Shown piece after piece: positions 57,862 to 64,000 of a stretch of 64,000 nucleotides of DNA. The notes below the pieces were generated by a model. It was not told the DNA's origin, did no database searches, and saw nothing but the letters and a program-made list of their open reading frames with translations. This stretch comes from a virus, in the IMG/VR virus record IMGVR_UViG_3300023184_000048, positions 32,001 through 96,000 of that record; one strand, 5' to 3'. Each line of letters begins with the position of its first letter. Position 1 is the stretch's first letter. The position numbers and the translations under genes are program-made.

Positions 57862-57862
57862 T

Positions 57863-58243
57863 ATGAAAGACGAAACTAAAACACAATTGGAAAACTTCAT
57901 TCCGTCAAATAAAAGCATCAATTCTCTTTTTGATATTATGTCAGATAAGGAGAATATGGGATACTTTAATTTTAAGTATCAAGTTGATCGAAATTATGTT
58001 CAAGATTATACACCAATCAAATTTGAAGATTGGACCGTAGAAACTGAAGCTGATTTTGGTGGTGGTGAAGGTTCTGGATCTGAAAGATATCTGGTATTCA
58101 AATTTACTAAGAACAATGAAGAACCGACCTATTGGTATGTTCCGGGTTATTATGAGTCCTACAATGGTTCAGAATTTGAATTCGGTAATATGTATCAATG
58201 TGAACCTTATGAAAAGATGGTTACTGATTACCGAGCAATTTAA
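57863..58243 (+). CDS. Hypothetical protein
   Basis: GGGEGSG..VPGYYESYNG pattern. Confidence 0.6.
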   Translation: MKDETKTQLENFIPSNKSINSLFDIMSDKENMGYFNFKYQVDRNYVQDYTPIKFEDWTVETEADFGGGEGSGSERYLVFKFTKNNEEPTYWYVPGYYESYNGSEFEFGNMYQCEPYEKMVTDYRAI

Positions 58244-58287
58244 TTCATTAAAAACTAGAGTATAATAACAACGAAGCAAGAAACAAT

Positions 58288-59286
58288 ATGAAATACATTA
58301 CCAACAATACTAAAATCATCCTATTCATTAATGGGAAGTCAATCAGTGTCGAAAAGACTGATAAGCGTTATCCTAAGATCGTCAAGGTATTTGAACTACC
58401 TTCAAGCGAACAAGAGGATGCAGTTTTAAAGGTTCTTGAACCTGCTGAAGTATCAGTCAAATCTATCCATGGTCAAAATGGCTTTGAAGTGGTTGATGAA
58501 GATATCTTCTACAAGGGTGAAAAGCTTCCTAATGCTTTTGCGACAAAGATCAAGAGCATCATTCGTGATGGTCTTCCTCTGGAACATTTTGAAAAGTTTT
58601 GGGAGAATCTCAAGGAGAATCCATCCGCCAACTCTATCAATGAGTTGATTGATTTCCTTTCTAATAAGGAACTTCCAATTACTGATGATGGGTTCTTTAT
58701 TGCTTATAAGGGTGTGGATCATGGTTATTATTCCATCCATGGGAATCTGGACACTAAGGTTCTGACTGGGAATGTTGATGCATCTGGACGCATTTATAAT
58801 GCTGTCGGTGAATACATTTCGGTTGCTCGCAATCAAGTTGATGATGATCGCAATAAACATTGTTCGTTTGGCTTGCACTGCGGGGCTTTGGGATATTCGC
58901 AATCATTTGGTTCTAAGACAGTTGTGGTGAAGGTAAATCCGAAAGATGTTGTATCAGTTCCAACTGATTGTTCCTTCATGAAATGTAGAGTATGTGCTTA
59001 TGAAGTTGTTTCGGAATATACCCACGAAATTGAATCATCTGTAGTTGATTCCAAAGGTCAAGAAACAATTGTGACAAATGATACGAAGGATCGAAACCAA
59101 TTCATCGAAAAGATTTCAACATATCTGAATCGTCGTGCTGATCGTGGTTATGAAGAAGCTACAGTGAGACAAATTCAAAATAGTTTTTCACCTGCTTGGC
59201 CAAGTAAGGAAAGTATCCTAGACGCTTTACAACATTTGGGATACTTCTGGTCCGAAATTGATGGAGTTCTTGTTGTAGAATTGTAA
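58288..59286 (+). CDS. rIIB: rIIB-like protein
   Basis: ENPSANSINELIDFL..LPITDDG..IAYK, VDDDRNKHCSFGLH, VKVNPKDVVSVP. Confidence 0.85.
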   Translation: MKYITNNTKIILFINGKSISVEKTDKRYPKIVKVFELPSSEQEDAVLKVLEPAEVSVKSIHGQNGFEVVDEDIFYKGEKLPNAFATKIKSIIRDGLPLEHFEKFWENLKENPSANSINELIDFLSNKELPITDDGFFIAYKGVDHGYYSIHGNLDTKVLTGNVDASGRIYNAVGEYISVARNQVDDDRNKHCSFGLHCGALGYSQSFGSKTVVVKVNPKDVVSVPTDCSFMKCRVCAYEVVSEYTHEIESSVVDSKGQETIVTNDTKDRNQFIEKISTYLNRRADRGYEEATVRQIQNSFSPAWPSKESILDALQHLGYFWSEIDGVLVVEL

Positions 59287-59294
59287 TAAGATTT

Positions 59295-59386
59295 GAATAA
59301 TTGGGGGTGGGTTGTAAAATATTGACGAGTGTCAATATCACATCTGTTGTGTTTGTTTTTTCATAAAACAACCCACCCCCTTATTC
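59295..59386 (+). ncRNA. Multibranch structured element after rIIB
   Basis: 13-bp perfect stem GGGGGTGGGTTGT/ACAACCCACCCCC enclosing hairpins ATATTGAC-gagt-GTCAATAT and CACA-tctgt-TGTG. Confidence 0.55.
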
Positions 59387-59412
59387 ATTAAAAACTATAA
59401 TATAATAACCAT

Positions 59413-59757
59413 ATGAAAAACAATACTAAAGAAACTATCCTCAAAACATATATTCGAGATAATGACAATAACCCTCGCGGTGTTGCTGTTGCTGTCAGGA
59501 ATGATGATCGTGTCTCTTATGGATTTAGTCTCTTGAATAACTACCGGGATAAGTTCAATAAGAAGATCGGAACTGCGATTGCTATCAATCGTGCCTCACA
59601 ACCTTCATATGAACTTCCAGAAGTCCCTGAAAGGGAAACATTGGTTCTTGATGCATTTATTAATCTCGAAAAGCGATCCTTGAAATACTTCAAGGATATC
59701 AATCCTGATAATATCGTGTTGAAGGGTCATCTATCCACTTTGCCTTGGGAAGAGTGA
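59413..59757 (+). CDS. Conserved phage hypothetical protein
   Basis: YGFSL...DKFNKKIG..IAINRA pattern. Confidence 0.65.
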   Translation: MKNNTKETILKTYIRDNDNNPRGVAVAVRNDDRVSYGFSLLNNYRDKFNKKIGTAIAINRASQPSYELPEVPERETLVLDAFINLEKRSLKYFKDINPDNIVLKGHLSTLPWEE

Positions 59758-59927
59758 AATACGATTGGAATGAATTCCGAGTCTTTATTCCTGATGAGGG
59801 ATTTAGATTGGTGTCACAATTGACAAATAAGGAAGCTAAGGATCACCTATGTTCTATTATTGAATTGGTTGAATCCTTAGCTTCCAAAAATGAAGAATGT
59901 CTTAAATTAATAAACTTACAAAAATAA
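59745..59927 (+). CDS. Hypothetical protein
   Basis: ORF track; GTG 59754 is a likely start. Confidence 0.5.
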   Translation: MGRVKYDWNEFRVFIPDEGFRLVSQLTNKEAKDHLCSIIELVESLASKNEECLKLINLQK

Positions 59928-59942
59928 TAAACTTATAATAAT

Positions 59943-60206
59943 ATGAAAATTACAAGAATGTTTGAAGCCAGTGATGGCACAGTGTTTAAGGAAACCGAAA
60001 GAGTCAAAGCGGAAGAACATGAGCTTATGATTAAGCTTCGTGGTCTTATTCAAACTCATGTTCGTGGTGATAGTTTTTCACCCACCGAAATTGCTAAGAT
60101 CTTCTCACAAAAGAATGAGAGTGTTTATGAAATTATTCTTAAGCATCGTCGCACAATGGGAAGTATTAAGGCTGCTGAGACTACTAAGAAAAATCAATTT
60201 GTATGA
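59943..60206 (+). CDS. Hypothetical protein
   Basis: FEASDGTVF..AEEHE pattern. Confidence 0.65.
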   Translation: MKITRMFEASDGTVFKETERVKAEEHELMIKLRGLIQTHVRGDSFSPTEIAKIFSQKNESVYEIILKHRRTMGSIKAAETTKKNQFV

Positions 60207-60415
60207 AAGCAACTAGAACAGAACCAATTTATACATTAGAGATGACGGAATCTGAAGCTTTGCTTCTATTAGCTCTTATAGGTGACTTAACGTGGGTAGA
60301 TTGGAAAAGACATCTTGATAATTATTCAGGTATGTTTGATCATATCACTTCAAAGGATAGTGATGTTTTCTATAAAGCTATTATCTCTACCGGATTGGTC
60401 GTTCCCGATATTTAA
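60203..60415 (+). CDS. Hypothetical protein (paralog of next gene)
   Basis: TLEMTESEALLL..LIG. Confidence 0.6.
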   Translation: MKATRTEPIYTLEMTESEALLLLALIGDLTWVDWKRHLDNYSGMFDHITSKDSDVFYKAIISTGLVVPDI

Positions 60416-60436
60416 AAACTAAAATATAATAAACTT

Positions 60437-60694
60437 ATGAAAGCTACCACACAAATTAAAAAGATTGAAAAAACTGTAACCGTTGATGAGAAAATGATCA
60501 CTCTTGAAATGAGTGAAAAAGAAGCTCGTAGATTGTTTTGTGTGTTGGGATCGATCTCACCAGCGGATTTTAAGAACAAATGTTCGGTTGATCTTAATGA
60601 TGTTTTGATGGTGGGTGATATTCCTTTTGATTGGACTCCCGTTGATACAAATATCTATTACAACGCATTGTCTGATGTGATTGAAATTGATTAA
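60437..60694 (+). CDS. Hypothetical protein (paralog of previous gene)
   Basis: TLEMSEKEARRL..VLG. Confidence 0.6.
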   Translation: MKATTQIKKIEKTVTVDEKMITLEMSEKEARRLFCVLGSISPADFKNKCSVDLNDVLMVGDIPFDWTPVDTNIYYNALSDVIEID

Positions 60695-60715
60695 AAACTA
60701 GAATATAATACACTT

Positions 60716-61243
60716 ATGAAAACTAAATTTGATTGGGGTGATGATATGATTGACAGTAGAGATTTGATTGCTCGTCATGAAGATCTTCAAGATGAATATG
60801 ATGGTCTTGTTTCTGATTTAAAAGATGTCAATGAAGCATATGTAGAGTATCAAGACAAGTGTGCTGGTGCTGTTGAATTTGATCAAGAAGAATTTGATAA
60901 TGATGTTGATGACCTTCAAAAGAATATTGATGAAGCTCAAGAAGCTCTTGATCAATTCAATCAATCCTATGAGAAGGATGAACTTGACACACTTACTGAA
61001 GTGATTTCTCAAGGTGAAGATTCTCCTGATTGGAATCATGGTGAAGGTTTGATTCACGAATCGTATTTTGAAACATACACACAAGACCTTATTGATGATA
61101 CTTGTGAATTGCCTAAAGAATTAAATTCTGGTCAATGGCCATATAGACATTATGAGCTAGATCTTACTGCGGCATCTGAAGAGTTGAAAGCTGATTATAT
61201 GACTATTGATGCTGGTGGTCACACTTATTACATTCGAGCATAA
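60716..61243 (+). CDS. Very acidic protein, ArdA-like antirestriction/DNA-mimic candidate
   Basis: D/E-rich; C terminus PYRHYELDLTAASEELKADY...GGHTYYIR resembles the ArdA tail. Confidence 0.55.
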   Translation: MKTKFDWGDDMIDSRDLIARHEDLQDEYDGLVSDLKDVNEAYVEYQDKCAGAVEFDQEEFDNDVDDLQKNIDEAQEALDQFNQSYEKDELDTLTEVISQGEDSPDWNHGEGLIHESYFETYTQDLIDDTCELPKELNSGQWPYRHYELDLTAASEELKADYMTIDAGGHTYYIRA

Positions 61244-61246
61244 CTT

Positions 61247-61411
61247 ATGGAAATTAACCTCTCACAAGAAGAATTACTTCAGATCTTATCTGAAAAATAT
61301 AATGTAAAATTGGTTGAAATGCAACCTGTTGGTCAAATATCTTTGGATGGTGATGAAAAATTTCCAGATTTCTATTCCTTCACTGATACAGACTTTTCTA
61401 AATATGATTAA
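61247..61411 (+). CDS. 54-aa small ORF absent from the track
   Basis: MEINLSQEELLQILSEKYNV...FSKYD*; fills the gap and overlaps the next start. Confidence 0.55.
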   Translation: MEINLSQEELLQILSEKYNVKLVEMQPVGQISLDGDEKFPDFYSFTDTDFSKYD

Positions 61412-61715
61412 TTACAAATCACTCACAATCGAGGATCTCAAGAAAGATTATTCTGATAGATTTGGATTTATCTTTGCGAGTAATGTGAGGAGTTCTGATA
61501 CAGCTATTGAAAATCTTTGTCAGACTTTAATCACTCATAATATTACTGATACATTACCGGAGTTTGTCAGTAGAGATTCTGGTAATACTATAGTATTTGT
61601 TTATCCCGAAGATTGCACATTTAAATCAGGGGAGTTTTATCATAAGAGTCAAATGTTGAGACAAATGGGAATTGCTCAAGTTGATACATTGGCTGGATTT
61701 CTAAAGGATATTTAA
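61404..61715 (+). CDS. Hypothetical protein
   Basis: ORF track; start moved to MINYK. Confidence 0.6.
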   Translation: MINYKSLTIEDLKKDYSDRFGFIFASNVRSSDTAIENLCQTLITHNITDTLPEFVSRDSGNTIVFVYPEDCTFKSGEFYHKSQMLRQMGIAQVDTLAGFLKDI

Positions 61716-61736
61716 AAACTAAAATATAATACACTT

Positions 61737-61949
61737 ATGATTACATTCTCTAAAGTTATCAGAAAATCTGGAAGCTCTATGAAAACTATTGAAGTTTCAA
61801 AAGATGAAAAACCTTTTGGATCACTGTGGACTTGGTTTGAAAAAGGTGAAGAACATCCTTGGCATGTTAAACCATTGACAAGAGAACATAAATTCTTTTA
61901 CGGTAAAAATGGTCTGAAAATGGCTAAAGAATATATCAAATCAGTTTGA
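61737..61949 (+). CDS. Hypothetical early protein
   Basis: Early motif. Confidence 0.65.
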   Translation: MITFSKVIRKSGSSMKTIEVSKDEKPFGSLWTWFEKGEEHPWHVKPLTREHKFFYGKNGLKMAKEYIKSV

Positions 61950-61975
61950 TTAAAAACTAGAATATAATAGAACAT

Positions 61976-62173
61976 ATGAAAACTGAATCATTTTTTCACC
62001 AATCCCATCCTTGGGTTGGAACTCAGCACTGTTTACGAGAAAAAGATGGAGAAGAATTTCAATGCATTAATGATCATACTGGATGTATCTGGAATGATGG
62101 ACATAATACTTGTATGTTTGAAAGACCTTCTAAGAAACAATACGACTCACCTCTCAATCAAAAATTAGTATGA
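61976..62173 (+). CDS. Hypothetical Cys/His protein
   Basis: Early motif with 7-nt spacing. Confidence 0.6.
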   Translation: MKTESFFHQSHPWVGTQHCLREKDGEEFQCINDHTGCIWNDGHNTCMFERPSKKQYDSPLNQKLV

Positions 62174-62388
62174 AAACACTGTTCACTTGGTTTCTAAAAC
62201 TAACCACAAAAGATTACGATCAAAAGATCAAATCTGCTAAACTAACATCCAAGATGATTATTGATTCTACTAATGGATCTATCAATCATTTCTATAATAT
62301 GAATGGTGATCAGATTCGTGGTTATCATAAGCATATAAAGTTTAGTAATATAGACAACCAACATCCACTAACTAAAAAATATCAATAA
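62170..62388 (+). CDS. Hypothetical protein
   Basis: ATGA coupling. Confidence 0.55.
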   Translation: MKTLFTWFLKLTTKDYDQKIKSAKLTSKMIIDSTNGSINHFYNMNGDQIRGYHKHIKFSNIDNQHPLTKKYQ

Positions 62389-62389
62389 T

Positions 62390-62620
62390 ATGAGACAAGA
62401 TTTACAAGGTTTTTGCATAGGAGTTCTTACAGGTGCTTTTGCTTTAGGAATTTATTGTTCTTTTTTCGCACAAAATACTAAAATGTATAGGGATGGTGTT
62501 GAAGCTACCTATAAAGAAGCCTTTGCACAAGGTTTGATGGTTAAAGAAATTACCGAAGATGATAAAGTGATTTATCGTTTTATTGAGACGCACAAAATTG
62601 GATATGACGGAGAACAATAA
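62390..62620 (+). CDS. Small membrane-anchored protein
   Basis: N-terminal TM helix. Confidence 0.6.
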   Translation: MRQDLQGFCIGVLTGAFALGIYCSFFAQNTKMYRDGVEATYKEAFAQGLMVKEITEDDKVIYRFIETHKIGYDGEQ

Positions 62621-63026
62621 AAATAAACTAATTCTAGCTGGAACAGTAATTGCGTCATTCATTTCTGGGTGTGTTATAGGTAAGTATTCAAAAGGTCAAT
62701 TTACTTTACTGAGATTGCTCTTAGGATCAATTCTATTGGCTTTTGCAATCGGCCCTGATACATTTGGCTGGTTTGGTATTATCTACTGTCTGAGGTGCTT
62801 TCTAGGTATTGCAGGGGCGTGTATTCTTGGTAAGATGACTGAGTATAATCTTCATAGTCTTGGTATGTTGATTACTGGTATTTTGGTATACTTTATCGCA
62901 ATGGCACCTGATAGTTTTGATCTTGTTTCTTTCTATACAACTATTAATCAAGATATTCTACAAATTGTGTTTCGGTTGATTGGTGCTTTCATGATTGTGG
63001 TTGGATTTAAGAAGAATGAAGAATGA
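62604..63026 (+). CDS. Polytopic membrane protein
   Basis: About five hydrophobic segments. Confidence 0.6.
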   Translation: MTENNKNKLILAGTVIASFISGCVIGKYSKGQFTLLRLLLGSILLAFAIGPDTFGWFGIIYCLRCFLGIAGACILGKMTEYNLHSLGMLITGILVYFIAMAPDSFDLVSFYTTINQDILQIVFRLIGAFMIVVGFKKNEE

Positions 63027-63151
63027 AAAGGATTTTAAAAATAATTTTTATGGAAGTTCTATATGGTCTTGTCCCAGTTTTGGTTGGGTTTTACTTGGCA
63101 AAATGGGAACAACGAAATAAAAAGGCCAAAAATTCAGTGGTGAATGTTTGA
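63023..63151 (+). CDS. 42-aa membrane peptide absent from the track
   Basis: MKRILKIIFMEVLYGLVPVLVGFYLAKWEQRNKKAKNSVVNV*; ATGA coupling. Confidence 0.55.
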   Translation: MKRILKIIFMEVLYGLVPVLVGFYLAKWEQRNKKAKNSVVNV

Positions 63152-63176
63152 TTAAAAACTAAAATATAATAATTAC

Positions 63177-63611
63177 ATGAAAAGCAATTACATTTGGCAT
63201 TTGGTTGGATTTACTCAAGATGCTGTTGAAGGTTATCAATTCTCAAGAGAGATGAACGACTTGTATAAGTCTTTGAATGATACTCAAAGAGCTACAATGT
63301 TTCGTGAGTATAAAGAGAATTATATGTATGCTAAAGTTATTGGTCATTATCGACTCGGAACTTTTTCATCATTAGAAAAAGCTAAGGATATGATCAATTC
63401 TGGTTGTAGCGATCTTCATCGTTACCCAACTCTTCTCATTGAGAAGCATATGATTGACCATATTGATGCACAATGTTTTTGCGAAGATGAATGGGAGACT
63501 TGGTATGGTATCACCGAAGAAGGTTGGATCAACGATGGTTGGATCGAATCATGGGAATTTTTTGAGATTGATCGTCCTGATTATGTTATGGGAACCTGTG
63601 GGTGGGCTTGA
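63177..63611 (+). CDS. Hypothetical early protein
   Basis: Early motif. Confidence 0.65.
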   Translation: MKSNYIWHLVGFTQDAVEGYQFSREMNDLYKSLNDTQRATMFREYKENYMYAKVIGHYRLGTFSSLEKAKDMINSGCSDLHRYPTLLIEKHMIDHIDAQCFCEDEWETWYGITEEGWINDGWIESWEFFEIDRPDYVMGTCGWA

Positions 63612-63636
63612 TTAAAAACTAAACTATAATCATCAT

Positions 63637-63891
63637 ATGCCTAAGTTTAATAAACTACTCCCAGAGACTCACCAAATCTATCATGAAGATGATGGTTTTA
63701 TCGGAGATATGGATTACTTTGAATTCAAAGATTTTAGAATTCAAATCATGAATGAACAAGCTTCTGGTTATTATGTCTTGTTCAATGGTTGTAATCTCTA
63801 TATCGATAAGGATGGAAGAGTTGATAATTGGCCTAATGATATGTATGGTTTGATTGATGAACAACTTAGAAAACTTTGCAAGTGGGATTGA
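63637..63891 (+). CDS. Hypothetical early protein
   Basis: Early motif. Confidence 0.65.
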   Translation: MPKFNKLLPETHQIYHEDDGFIGDMDYFEFKDFRIQIMNEQASGYYVLFNGCNLYIDKDGRVDNWPNDMYGLIDEQLRKLCKWD

Positions 63892-63893
63892 TT

Positions 63894-64000
63894 ATGGAAC
63901 TTGACCAATTTATCGAAAAACTCAAGGAGAAGTTTTATAACAAAAACACTTGGTTTAAATCTGGATCTGCTCTTCAAGATTCTGTGTGTGATACTATCAA
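63894..64000 (+). CDS. 5' end of a hypothetical protein (partial)
   Basis: MELDQFIEKLKEKFY... open to window end. Confidence 0.5.
   Translation, partial: MELDQFIEKLKEKFYNKNTWFKSGSALQDSVCDTI

Larger units (their letters stand above)
21551..63630 (+). repeat. Dispersed promoter-like motif TTAAAAACTARAATATAAT, 34 copies counted
   Basis: Motif ends 6 nt before ATGs at 21576, 28083, 29823, 32607, 33923, 35451, 36241, 36916, 38098, 39340, 40746, 41986, 43265, 43917, 44675, 45756, 49003, 50646, 51396, 51632, 53347, 54545, 56585, 56825, 59413, 60437, 60716, 61737, 63177, 63637; other spacings before 23617, 47843, 58288, 61976. Confidence 0.92.

Noticed and set aside
59918-59942. Early motif before ORF 59943
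   Set aside because: Lacks AAAAACTA and TATAAT is only 3 nt from the ATG; not counted
21551-63630. Repeated 19-bp motif as a CRISPR array
   Set aside because: Copies are separated by whole genes of 0.2-4 kb, not 30-40-nt spacers; they contain a -10 box and no cas genes are present
1-64000. Alternative genetic code (stop-codon reassignment)
   Set aside because: Core genes are full length in the standard code, and TAA, TAG and TGA all end genes at sensible positions; the one in-frame TAA at 52984 is explained by the insertion junction

Overview
A 64-kb fragment of an AT-rich T4-like (myovirus) phage genome. No cellular genes, CRISPR array or canonical tRNA were found. About 1-26 kb is a late/structural module: baseplate gp25 and gp6, a PKD protein, a trypsin-like protease, neck gp14, large terminase, gp3, sheath, tube, tape measure, gp48/53/27-like and small terminase. 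About 26-64 kb is a dense plus-strand early/accessory region of small ORFs plus RNA-repair, nucleotide-processing and candidate anti-defence enzymes: Rnl1- and Rnl2-type RNA ligases, a P-loop kinase, a 2H phosphoesterase, four calcineurin-like phosphoesterases, HD, HAD and His phosphatases, a macrodomain, nucleotidyltransferases, and rIIA/rIIB. The main unexplained pattern is regulatory. I counted by eye 34 copies of a promoter-like motif TTAAAAACTARAATATAAT; in 30 of them the -10 hexamer lies exactly 6 nt before an ATG. About 20 late-type TAAATA boxes lie 5-6 nt before start codons. Together these imply near genome-wide leaderless mRNAs for both early and late genes. Other notable features: two homing-endonuclease insertions that appear to have supplied recoded replacement 3' ends for their target genes while leaving the old 3' ends behind; a degenerate tRNA-like fold after rIIA; a multibranch RNA fold after rIIB; and a circularly permuted F5/8 type C domain in a signal-peptide protein. 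Product calls come from motif recognition only; no database search was run. Several start codons were moved downstream of the ORF track to match the promoter spacing.
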